A DNA stretch of 64,000 nucleotides from an uncultured Saccharofermentans sp. (lineage in GTDB: Bacteria > Bacillota > Clostridia > Saccharofermentanales > UBA5734): the NCBI GenBank assembly GCA_963675845.1, contig OY776634.1, positions 1,952,633 to 2,016,632 of the forward strand. Reading direction: 5' to 3'. The translations under genes were made by a program, and so were the position numbers. The notes under the pieces were generated by a model. That model saw only the letters and a list, made by a program, of their open reading frames with translations. It ran no database searches and was not told where the DNA came from. Below are positions 52,588-60,803 of the stretch, piece after piece. The number at the start of each line of letters is the position of its first letter. The first letter of the stretch is position 1.

Positions 52588-53388
52588 ATGGATGCGCTGA
52601 CACGCCTGATCAGTTTCTATAACAACAGTTCTGCCAACGACATTTATCGCCAGATCGCTATCAATGTGCTGAGAAATATCCAAGCCTTGCCGAATGCCAG
52701 CTCATACGAGATGGCAAAAATCTGTTTTTCGGCCCCATCGACCTTGCGTCGACTGGCAACCAAGCTGGGATACAAGTCCTACTCAGCGTTCAAGGCCGAC
52801 CTGAGCTGGTCGCTTGACAACTATCGTTTTTTGCACGCCTACCGACCGCTGGAATCAAACACAAAGCAGGATACTGTCACTGATTTGCTGCGGTTCATTG
52901 CCCGGCTGGCCGATGAGCTTGAGCAAAACCTGGACCGGGAGTTGCTCAGCCGGGTCGTTACGGACATTCGCAGCAAAAAGAAGATAGCCTTTTTTGTATC
53001 CGCGGTAACTTCCCAGATTTCCAGACTAGAGCTCGATCTGCTGCTCGACGGGCACGAGGTGGCGTTATATACCGAACTGCACGACCAGATGACCGGTATG
53101 GACTTGTTGGACGGCCAGTCGCTGGCCATTTTGATCAAGCCGGAGGTTCCGGCTTCCGGACATGTCCGGGAACTGGCCAAAATCGCCAAGGCAAAAGGCG
53201 CCCGCACCTTGGTGATCAGCAATTCCAGCAGCTATGCAGCCAATGACTCTATGGATTATGTCCTCAATTATTCGGGATCGGCATCCCTGATCGATATCTA
53301 TGCCATCGACATGATCGTTTCCGCGATTGTCACGAAGCACCAGGAGATGATTTTTCGGTCGGACAATCGCCCTTGGCCGGCAGATTGA
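52588..53388 (+). CDS. MurR/RpiR family transcriptional regulator (HTH + SIS domain)
   Basis: Start moved to MDALTRLISF (ATG 52588). HTH SSYEMAKICFSAPSTLRRLATKLGYKSYSAFK, plus a C-terminal SIS-like domain. Divergent from the pair-3 operon. Confidence 0.8.
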   Translation: MDALTRLISFYNNSSANDIYRQIAINVLRNIQALPNASSYEMAKICFSAPSTLRRLATKLGYKSYSAFKADLSWSLDNYRFLHAYRPLESNTKQDTVTDLLRFIARLADELEQNLDRELLSRVVTDIRSKKKIAFFVSAVTSQISRLELDLLLDGHEVALYTELHDQMTGMDLLDGQSLAILIKPEVPASGHVRELAKIAKAKGARTLVISNSSSYAANDSMDYVLNYSGSASLIDIYAIDMIVSAIVTKHQEMIFRSDNRPWPAD

Positions 53389-53398
53389 TTAAGAAAGC

Positions 53399-53668
53399 GT
53401 GGGCATGAACAGCTTGAAAGTCGCTTGGCTGCAGATTCTGCCGCAAGATGACCTGAACGGCAATCTCCAGACAGGTTATGACAACTGCGAGAAAGAAAAA
53501 GATATCGGCACCGACATGGTAATGCTGCCAGATACACTGATTGTCGAAACAGGTGAGCGGGAAGGGATGTATCTGGCCGGTTTTTTCGATAAGATCAGGC
53601 AAACAGACGCTGAGAAGTCTCTGACAATGCTAATCGACACCTTAGATAGCAGGACTGCCAGCGGGTAA
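53399..53668 (+). pseudogene. Possible N-terminal remnant of a carbon-nitrogen hydrolase (nitrilase superfamily) gene
   Basis: LKVAWLQILPQDDLNGNLQTGYDNCEKEKDIGTDMVMLPD resembles the first strand-helix-strand of nitrilase-fold enzymes, but the ORF is only 89 aa. Confidence 0.25.
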
Positions 53669-53838
53669 GGATATCGAAGCGCCATTGATCAGGAAAGACC
53701 ACAGACCATACAACAAGATGCTTCAAAACGGTCAGATCACATTGAGATTTGCTGCTCTGGTTTTCATGAGCACAGCCTTTTATGGCATGTTAGTTGACAG
53801 CGACAAAAAGACCAATAACAAACGGCGTTCTTGTACGC

Positions 53839-53879
53839 AAAATAAACAGGGTCTCTCTCAATGATTGCGAGAGGCCCTG
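53839..53879 (-). terminator. Rho-independent terminator downstream of rpsU
   Basis: The minus-strand RNA reads CAGGGCCUCUC-loop-GAGAGACCCUG followed by UUUAUUUU. Confidence 0.6.
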
Positions 53880-53913
53880 CTTTATATAGCTTCACCAGGT
53901 TTGGGGTGAAACC

Positions 53914-54090
53914 TTATTTCCTTTTTCTTTTTCTGGCGGCGGCGCTCTTGCGGATGCTGCGCTCGCGATTGTTTTCAAAGCGCGAACGCACTCTGTATTC
54001 TTTCAGGATGCCGTCTTTTGAGACCTGCTTCTTGAATTTGCTCAGGGCCTGTTCGAGAGATTCCGGATTGTGTACGATGACTTTTGCCAA
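53914..54090 (-). CDS. rpsU: 30S ribosomal protein S21
   Basis: 58 aa: (TTG)AKVIVHNPESLEQALSKFKKQVSKDGILKEYRVRSRFENNRERSIRKSAAARKRKRK. AAGGAG lies 6 nt upstream and there is no in-frame upstream ATG. Missed by the ORF track (under 60 aa). Confidence 0.85.
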   Translation of the reverse strand: MAKVIVHNPESLEQALSKFKKQVSKDGILKEYRVRSRFENNRERSIRKSAAARKRKRK

Positions 54091-54140
54091 GTGTAGCTCC
54101 TTACTGATTTTAAAAATCTAAATGTATCAGGTGGTTGTCT

Positions 54141-54179
54141 CTAAAATGAATGCCCTGAAACAATGGGTTTCAGGGCATT
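54141..54179 (-). terminator. Rho-independent terminator downstream of the zinc-ribbon gene
   Basis: Perfect 13-bp stem AATGCCCTGAAAC/GTTTCAGGGCATT (54149-54161 / 54167-54179), then CAUUUUAG on the minus strand. A second GC hairpin lies at 54196-54220. Confidence 0.6.
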
Positions 54180-54242
54180 ATTTCTTTGTGGTAGAGAGGG
54201 GGAGTTGAACGCTCCCCCTCCTGCAGTTAACGCACGGTGTCT

Positions 54243-54530
54243 TTAGCGGCGGCCCTGAAAGCAGTCGCGGCAGTAGACCGGACGGTCACCGCTCGGCTGG
54301 AAAGGAACCTGGGTCTCTTTACCGCATTCAGCGCAAATCGCATCGTACATGACGCGGTCGCTTCTACGCTGTCCGCCCTGGTCACCACGAGATCTTTTTC
54401 TGGCGGCACGGCAATCCGGGCAGCGGGTCGGCTCGTTGGTGAAGCCTTTTTCACGGTAGAAATCCTGTTCGCTTTCAGTGAAGACGAAGCTGGTACCGCA
54501 GTCTTTGCAGTTTAGATTCTTGTCTGACAT
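54243..54530 (-). CDS. Zinc-ribbon protein with duplicated CxxC-x17-CxxC modules
   Basis: CKDCGTSF...CPDCRAARK and CAECGKETQVPF...YCRDCF. Confidence 0.8.
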   Translation of the reverse strand: MSDKNLNCKDCGTSFVFTESEQDFYREKGFTNEPTRCPDCRAARKRSRGDQGGQRRSDRVMYDAICAECGKETQVPFQPSGDRPVYCRDCFQGRR

Positions 54531-54753
54531 AATGTTTTTCTCCTTAGTTGGGCTTATTTCTTCTAAGCCCAGTTTGATGTTTTCAGATGTTCGCAGGGGA
54601 GAACATACTTGAACTTTGGCCGATGCGACGGTTGATTGCTTGTCGATGACTGTCCTCCCTGTGTGTTGACAGGCATCTTAAAAACATCAAACAAACTTTG
54701 TGTCATTCCCTGTTGAGAATAAGAAGTCCCTGAAACCGGAGTCTCAGGGACTT

Positions 54754-54829
54754 TGGTTGCGGAGGGAGGATTCGAACCTCCGACCTTCGGGTTATGAGCC
54801 CGACAAGCTACCAACTGCTCCACTCCGCG
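54754..54829 (-). tRNA. Initiator tRNA-fMet (anticodon CAU), CCA encoded
   Basis: The reverse complement is CGCGGAGTGGAGCAGTTGGTAGCTTGTCGGGCTCATAACCCGAAGGTCGGAGGTTCGAATCCTCCCTCCGCAACCA. It has a C1:A72 mismatch and three G-C pairs closing the anticodon stem, both initiator hallmarks. Confidence 0.95.
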
Positions 54830-54869
54830 GTATAACTTTTCTCCTTGACGCTCACGTGTTGTGCACTTT

Positions 54870-54956
54870 TGGTGCTCGTGGCCGGACTTGAACCGGCACG
54901 GATTTTACTCCGACGGATTTTAAGTCCGTTGCGTCTGCCTGTTTCGCCACACGAGC
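54870..54956 (-). tRNA. tRNA-Leu (anticodon UAA), long variable arm, CCA encoded
   Basis: The reverse complement is GCTCGTGTGGCGAAACAGGCAGACGCAACGGACTTAAAATCCGTCGGAGTAAAATCCGTGCCGGTTCAAGTCCGGCCACGAGCACCA. 7-bp acceptor stem and anticodon loop CTTAAAA. Confidence 0.93.
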
Positions 54957-55020
54957 AGGCTCTCTTCAAGGCGCCTAGCTATAGTATCACTGATGTTGAC
55001 TGTTGTCAAACATCAATTTT

Positions 55021-56199
55021 TCAAAGATTTCCAGGTTCTTTTTCAGGCCTTGCAAACAGGATGTTGACCAGCCCCAAAACGAAGAGCAGCGCGGTGACAC
55101 CGGCCAGAAACGTCATGCCGACCAGGATGCCGCCGGTGTTCGAAAATACCCCGATCAGGTAGGGGACGATTGTCGCGCCCAGGCCGCCCAGAGACATCAT
55201 CAGGCCGCTGACCACGCTGGATTCGATCAGCAGGCCGCTGGCGTTGGCCAGCACCATGCCATAAAAGGATGCCAGGGCAAGACCGATAACCACTACGGAC
55301 ACGGACAGGATGATCGGTATGCCTGTGCCGATCAGGACAATGGCTCCGATCAGGGCGAAAAGACCTTCCATTAATAGAAAGGTTTGCTTATTGAGCTTTT
55401 TGGATAAAACTGCGACGGCCAGCCTGCCGATAATGAAACAGACCCAGAACGCGGACAGCAGGAACTGGGCGTCCGTATCCAGGTAGCCGCGGGCGTCTTT
55501 AAGGTAGCTGACCAGGAAAGAGTTGAAGCCGGTTTCCGTCCCCACATAAACGAACAGCAGAGACATGTAGAGATAGAATTTCCAGTTTTTCAGAAATTTG
55601 AGATTGGCCGGCCGCTTTTGATGCGCCTTGTTTTGGTGGATCTCCGGAATCGGCATCAGGAGAATGACGCCGATCAGGAGAAATGACATCACGGCCAATA
55701 TGCCGGTCGGCAGCTGCCAGGACAAGCCAAAGCTCAGGAACAGGCCGACCAGCAGCGGGGCCAGGAAGGCTCCAAAAGAATAACTGGAGTGCGTCAGCAA
55801 TATTTTGCCGCTGCTGCCCCCGGATACCAGGGCAACCAGGAAGTTGACCAGGTTATTGAACGCGCCCCAGCCCAAACCGGTCAAAAAGAGCAGCGCCTGC
55901 AGCGCCCAGAGCGGCGGCATCAGTGTCAGTCCGGCATAGCCGACCAGGTAAAAGACGGCTGACAGGGTCATGGTGAGTTTTCGGCCGATCTTATTTGAAA
56001 TCGGACCGCTCAGATAATTGGACAGGACACTGCCGGCCGCTAAAAAACTCAGCAGCAGACCGCCCTGGTCGTATCGCAGGCTGTAGTGCTCCATCAGGTA
56101 GGTCAGGATCGAACTGGTCATCAGGACAATGGCGCCGGTGACGAGAAATATGTACATGCAACCAAACATGAAAAATTTGTTGCCGGGTTTGACTTTCAT
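55021..56199 (-). CDS. MFS transporter
   Basis: 392 aa, ~12 TMs, loop LSGPISNKIGRKLTM. GGAGGGG RBS. Confidence 0.85.
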   Translation of the reverse strand: MKVKPGNKFFMFGCMYIFLVTGAIVLMTSSILTYLMEHYSLRYDQGGLLLSFLAAGSVLSNYLSGPISNKIGRKLTMTLSAVFYLVGYAGLTLMPPLWALQALLFLTGLGWGAFNNLVNFLVALVSGGSSGKILLTHSSYSFGAFLAPLLVGLFLSFGLSWQLPTGILAVMSFLLIGVILLMPIPEIHQNKAHQKRPANLKFLKNWKFYLYMSLLFVYVGTETGFNSFLVSYLKDARGYLDTDAQFLLSAFWVCFIIGRLAVAVLSKKLNKQTFLLMEGLFALIGAIVLIGTGIPIILSVSVVVIGLALASFYGMVLANASGLLIESSVVSGLMMSLGGLGATIVPYLIGVFSNTGGILVGMTFLAGVTALLFVLGLVNILFARPEKEPGNL

Positions 56200-56325
56200 G
56201 GGCCCCTCCGATAGACTTAGAATGTTTAACTTCGCTCTGCAAGCTGTTCATCAGTATAACACGTTATACAGTGCCCGGAAAGCAGAATATCTTGCCCGTA
56301 CAAGCCAATATAAGGAGGGTTTTTC

Positions 56326-57279
56326 ATGAATCTGGATACCGTTCGTCTGATCCGTCTGGTCAGTGTGATTGTCGTGATTATCCTGCTGATCATTATCATC
56401 AGCAGCAGCGTGTTCTCTGTCGCTGAAAGAGATCAGGCGGTCATCACTACATTCGGGAAATACACCAAGACAGTCCAAGCCGGCCTGCAGTTCAAGCTGC
56501 CCTGGCCGATCCAGCAGGCAACGACATTGCCGGTCAACCAGACCCAGAAAATCGAACTGGGCTATTACAGCGACCGCTCCGGAAACTACTACAGCATTCC
56601 GGAAGAGAGCATGATGATCACCAACGACTTGAATATCGTCAACATCGATTTCTTCGTTGAGTGGAAAATCAGTGATCCGGTCAAATACCTGTATACAACT
56701 AATAATCCGAACTCGATCCTGAAGAACATGCTGCAAAGCACAGTCCGCTCGGTGGTCGGCACCAAGAGCATCGACGATGTCCTGACAACCGGCAAGATCG
56801 AGATCCAGTCGGATGTCGAGGAAATGCTCAAGGAAAAGCTGGCTGAGAACGATATCGGCCTGATGGTCATCGACGTCAAGGTCAATGATTCGGAACCGCC
56901 GACAGAAGAAGTCGCCAAGGCTTTCCGTGATGTTGAAACCGCCAAGCAGGAAAAGGAAACGGCGCTGAACCAGGCGACTGAGTACAGAAACGGGCAGCTC
57001 CCGGCCGCCAACGCCGAAGCTGACAAGATCATTCGTGCCGCCGAAGCCCAGAAACAGTCGCGCATCAATGAGGCAACCGGTGAAACCAATCGTTTCCTGG
57101 CGATGTACAACGAATATGTCAACTTCCCTGAAATCACCCGTGCACGCATGTACCTGGAGGTCCTGGAGACCATTCTCCCGGATGTCAGGGTCTATATCGA
57201 CGATGGCAGCGGCATTGATAAACTCCTGCCCCTCGAAGAATTGACGCCTGCTGAAGCCGCAGCCGGCACCATAGGTTGA
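56326..57279 (+). CDS. hflK: FtsH protease activity modulator HflK (SPFH/band 7)
   Basis: N-terminal TM, SPFH domain (ITTFGKYTKTVQAGLQFKLPWPI..) and a coiled-coil AKQEKETALNQA. AAGGAGGG RBS. Confidence 0.85.
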   Translation: MNLDTVRLIRLVSVIVVIILLIIIISSSVFSVAERDQAVITTFGKYTKTVQAGLQFKLPWPIQQATTLPVNQTQKIELGYYSDRSGNYYSIPEESMMITNDLNIVNIDFFVEWKISDPVKYLYTTNNPNSILKNMLQSTVRSVVGTKSIDDVLTTGKIEIQSDVEEMLKEKLAENDIGLMVIDVKVNDSEPPTEEVAKAFRDVETAKQEKETALNQATEYRNGQLPAANAEADKIIRAAEAQKQSRINEATGETNRFLAMYNEYVNFPEITRARMYLEVLETILPDVRVYIDDGSGIDKLLPLEELTPAEAAAGTIG

Positions 57280-57295
57280 AAGGGAGGGGAATAAG

Positions 57296-58219
57296 ATGGA
57301 ACAGACCACTACAAACACCAGCAAATCCAAAAAGCAGAACAAGCCCAAGGGCAGATCCCTGGTCATTGCCGGCGTGATCGTCCTGCTGGCGATTATCCTG
57401 CTATCTTCATCACTCTACATCGTCACCGAAGGCGAGTATGCCTACATCACACAGTTTGGCGCGATCATCGAGATTCGGACGGAAGCCGGGCTGTATGTCA
57501 AGACACCGTTCATTCAGGACGTCAATCGTCTGACCAAGAAGCAGATGATCTACAACGTCAGCTCATCCGAGGTCCTGACCGCGGACAAGAAGGCGATGAT
57601 TGTCGACAGCTACTCGCTATGGCAGATTACCGACGTCAAAACATTCATCCGCACCGTCGGCAATATTGCGGAAATGGAGAAGCGTATTGACGCCAGCACC
57701 TACAGTGTGATCAAGAACACTATGAGCCAGATGCAGCAAAGCGAGATCATTACTGAAGGCGAAGACTCCAGGACATCGCTGAACAACCGGATCTCCGAGC
57801 AGATCGCGGAAAGCCTGACCCTTTACGGCGTTGAAATCGAAGCCGTCGAGATCAAGCGCTTCGACCTGCCGGAAGACAACACCAATGCTGTTCACGCCCG
57901 CATGATTTCAGAGCGTTCCCAGATGGCTGCGGCCTACAAGGCAGACGGTGAATATGAGGCGGCCAAGATCCGCAATGAAACCGACAAGGAAGTCAGCATC
58001 ATCGTCGCTCAGGCCAGAGCCGATGCCAACAAGCTGATCGGTGAAGGTGAAGAAGAGTACATGAAGATCCTGTCCGAAGTCTACAATGACCCGGCCAAGG
58101 CTGATTTCTATGTTTTCTTCCGTGAACTGGAAGCGCTTGAAAAGTCGCTGGCTGGCGAAAAGACAATTATCCTCGGTCCGAATTCGCCGCTGGCAAAGAT
58201 CCTGAACCAGACTGACTGA
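57296..58219 (+). CDS. hflC: Protease modulator HflC (SPFH/band 7)
   Basis: N-terminal TM and SPFH domain (VTEGEYAYITQFGAIIEIRTEAGLYVKTPFIQ). Begins 16 nt after hflK. Confidence 0.85.
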   Translation: MEQTTTNTSKSKKQNKPKGRSLVIAGVIVLLAIILLSSSLYIVTEGEYAYITQFGAIIEIRTEAGLYVKTPFIQDVNRLTKKQMIYNVSSSEVLTADKKAMIVDSYSLWQITDVKTFIRTVGNIAEMEKRIDASTYSVIKNTMSQMQQSEIITEGEDSRTSLNNRISEQIAESLTLYGVEIEAVEIKRFDLPEDNTNAVHARMISERSQMAAAYKADGEYEAAKIRNETDKEVSIIVAQARADANKLIGEGEEEYMKILSEVYNDPAKADFYVFFRELEALEKSLAGEKTIILGPNSPLAKILNQTD

Positions 58220-58859
58220 CCGATGCGACGTCAAACCAGACAGCGCCGCCTCCCCAGCGGGAGGCATCATACCAGGCAGACAGGTCAATGACCTTCCTGT
58301 AACCGCTGTCAGAAATAGTTGCCTGACCGACCGAGCTGTCCGAACCGGACAGCTCGGTTATTGTTACCCAATGCCAGCTGTCAAGGTTTTTGAGCCCGCC
58401 GTTGGACAGATTGAGAAACGCGACCGGGCAGTCCTGGCGCAGACCCTCGCGAATGAAGCGATCAAATACCGGGTAGCCTTCGTGCCGGATCTTGCGGCGC
58501 GGCACCGTCATAACATGGGCTGTCAGTTGAATGCCATGGTCGCGGGCATAATCGACAACGCCGTCCGCCAGAATGGAAGCCTCGTTGACGCCCAGGGTAC
58601 CCGGTGTCACGTATTGCCAGATATCGTTCATGAAATGCTGGAAGTCTTCCTTGATCTGGGATCCCGGCGTGTAGAGGTGATCCAGAAAGGCGCGGCTTCG
58701 GGCCAGATAAAAGAGGATGGTGGCAGCCGTGCAAGGTCCACAGCCGGCCTGGCGCTGCCAGGCGCTGGCGTACCAGGTCTGATCGCAACCGAAAGCTGAC
58801 TGGCTGCGCAGCCGGTCGGTGATCAGCAGAAGCTCCGGTTTTTCAATGCTTAGCGCCAT
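58167..58859 (-). CDS. Papain-like cysteine peptidase candidate (C39-like / BtrH-like fold)
   Basis: Start moved to MALSIEKP (ATG 58859). AWQRQAGCGPCTAATILFYL (Cys in a CGP context) and later LDSWHWVTITE (His). The 3-prime end overlaps hflC by 53 nt, convergently. Confidence 0.45.
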   Translation of the reverse strand: MALSIEKPELLLITDRLRSQSAFGCDQTWYASAWQRQAGCGPCTAATILFYLARSRAFLDHLYTPGSQIKEDFQHFMNDIWQYVTPGTLGVNEASILADGVVDYARDHGIQLTAHVMTVPRRKIRHEGYPVFDRFIREGLRQDCPVAFLNLSNGGLKNLDSWHWVTITELSGSDSSVGQATISDSGYRKVIDLSAWYDASRWGGGAVWFDVASVSQSGSGSLPAANSDRG

Positions 58860-59020
58860 GGATTTCGATCCTTTCCTGAATGCTGATACCATCATATCGA
58901 CCGCAGGTCCGATCTGTCAAACCAGCTTGGAGATAGGCGCACAATTGAATTGTATCCGTATCGGTGCTAAGATTAAAAATATCTCATTACAGTGTTTATT
59001 TCTTTCGGAGGTGATCATCG

Positions 59021-59857
59021 ATGGCTGACGAGAACAACAGCGTGAAACTGATTGATCTTTCTGCCGAGCATAACGGTGCGATTGTCTGTCAAAAGCTGGA
59101 CCTTGATTTGAAGACCCGGCAGATTGTCATCATGCTTGGTGCTGACCCCAAATGCATCGACGCGCTGATGCGCATGATCGCCGGCATTCAGGAAATCCCG
59201 GCTGGCGATATTGAACTGTGGGGTCTTCCGATCGCTCGAATCAACCGGAGAAGCCTGTTGAGCCGGGTCTGTTTTGTACCGCGGCACCAGCACCCGAAAT
59301 TCGCCTATACGGTTTTTGATTTTGTGATGCAAGGCTGCGAGCCGCGTCTCAAGCCGTTGGAAGTGCCGGATGAGTCGGACCGCCAGAAAGCACGCCAGAT
59401 CCTGTCACTCATGGGCATTGAGCGCCTGATCAACCGTGACTCGAGCCTGCTGACCAATCGCGAACGGCAACTGGTCGTGCTGGCCAGGGCCCTGATGCAG
59501 AACGCCCGTCTGATGCTGCTGGAAGAGCCTTTTGATGATCTAGGCGAAGAAGATCGGCGGGTCGTCATCAAACTCATCAACGACCAGGTTAGCCGCCTCC
59601 ATGGCACGGTGATCATGTCGGTTTCCGACCCGCTGACCGCCATGACGCTGGCGGACCGGCTGCTGATCTTCAATGACCAAGGCCTGAAGGCTGCTCTCGA
59701 CCGCACCGGTCCCGATTACCTCACACGGGCCAAGACCCTATTGGCAGAACTGGATCTGATTCGGCCTGAAGATGAAGAAGACGATATATTCCAGGACATC
59801 CTCAATCTCCAAAAGCCTGAACAGGAAGACAGCAGCCCGCCGGGCCGGCTGTTTTAG
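59021..59857 (+). CDS. ABC-ATPase-like protein with degenerate catalytic motifs
   Basis: Collinear with FepC/FecE-type NBDs, but Walker A is LGADPKCIDAL (no GK[ST]), the signature is LTNRERQ, Walker B is MLLEEPFDDLG, and the H-loop is SVSDP. Confidence 0.7.
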   Translation: MADENNSVKLIDLSAEHNGAIVCQKLDLDLKTRQIVIMLGADPKCIDALMRMIAGIQEIPAGDIELWGLPIARINRRSLLSRVCFVPRHQHPKFAYTVFDFVMQGCEPRLKPLEVPDESDRQKARQILSLMGIERLINRDSSLLTNRERQLVVLARALMQNARLMLLEEPFDDLGEEDRRVVIKLINDQVSRLHGTVIMSVSDPLTAMTLADRLLIFNDQGLKAALDRTGPDYLTRAKTLLAELDLIRPEDEEDDIFQDILNLQKPEQEDSSPPGRLF

Positions 59858-59871
59858 TCCGAATACGTTTC

Positions 59872-60405
59872 ATGCGACGATTATTTTTTGCCATCGAGTT
59901 TTCCCGGCTCGTGCGGGACAGCCTGCATCAGGCATTACGGCAACTGGCTGACCTGGCCGATCAAGGACGATGGGTTCGCTCGGACAACCTTCATCTGACA
60001 TTGCAGTTTCTCGGCGACATGCCGGACGATCAGCTGGATGTACTCCGGCTGATTCTCAAGCAAAGCGCAGAATTTGTTGCGCCGTTCTCGCTGGTTGTGG
60101 GACCGGCCGGAACCTTCGGTCGGAAAAACGATATCCTGTGGATCGGCCTTTTGCCGTCAGCCGATCTGGACCAGCTGGCCGGACAATTATCCAGCCTGTT
60201 GTCCGATCACCATCTCCGGCATGAATCGCGGGAATTTTCGGCCCACATCACAATCGGCCGCAATGTTCAAATCGATCCGGACAGACTATCTGCCTGGAAA
60301 CCGCCGGATCTCAAGATACAGGTTGGTGCCGTCAGCCTGATGGAAAGCCGCCTGGTTGACGGCCGCCGGCAGTACAGGGCAGTCTTCAGACAACCCATTG
60401 GCTAG
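59872..60405 (+). CDS. thpR: RNA 2-prime,3-prime-cyclic phosphodiesterase (2H phosphoesterase, LigT/ThpR)
   Basis: Two HxT/S motifs: HLTLQFLG and HITIGR. 177 aa. Confidence 0.85.
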   Translation: MRRLFFAIEFSRLVRDSLHQALRQLADLADQGRWVRSDNLHLTLQFLGDMPDDQLDVLRLILKQSAEFVAPFSLVVGPAGTFGRKNDILWIGLLPSADLDQLAGQLSSLLSDHHLRHESREFSAHITIGRNVQIDPDRLSAWKPPDLKIQVGAVSLMESRLVDGRRQYRAVFRQPIG

Positions 60406-60671
60406 AGATCGTGATGCGGCGACCGGCTGACCACTGCGATCGCCTTGAGAACGGCTGACATGGCGTCTGCCTGCATCTGAACGTTCGTGGCATCGATGTT
60501 GGCGAAAAGGCCACCGGCGTAGGTTACGACGTAGGACGGCGGCAGGCTGTTGAGAGCCAGCGCCATGACATCCAGCCGACATTTGTCGCATTGGCACATC
60601 TCGGTTTCCGCCATCAGATCCCGCGTGATATCCGCGATCAATTCCTCATTGCTGTTTTTCAACTGATACAT
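60402..60671 (-). CDS. comFB: Late competence development protein ComFB family
   Basis: MCQCDKCRLDVMALALNSLPPSYV signature. 89 aa. Confidence 0.8.
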   Translation of the reverse strand: MYQLKNSNEELIADITRDLMAETEMCQCDKCRLDVMALALNSLPPSYVVTYAGGLFANIDATNVQMQADAMSAVLKAIAVVSRSPHHDL

Positions 60672-60803
60672 GCCGCAGCCCTCCCTGGACTCAACTCAGA
60701 AATTTGTTGATTCCCATACTCTCTATATCGGATAAAATCCCAAAGACTTGAAGACAGATTGTGCCGGGTTATGCGATAATGGGGAAAACGGAGGGGCATA
60801 TGT

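Noticed and set aside
54563-55162. ORFs 54563-54823, 54700-54891 and 54845-55162
   Set aside because: They overlap the tRNA-fMet and tRNA-Leu genes and their spacer. The cloverleaf structures explain the sequence.
56251-57366. 371-aa minus-strand ORF
   Set aside because: Antisense to hflK, which has an RBS and SPFH motifs. The ORF has no RBS, D/L/R/F-rich composition and no recognisable domain.
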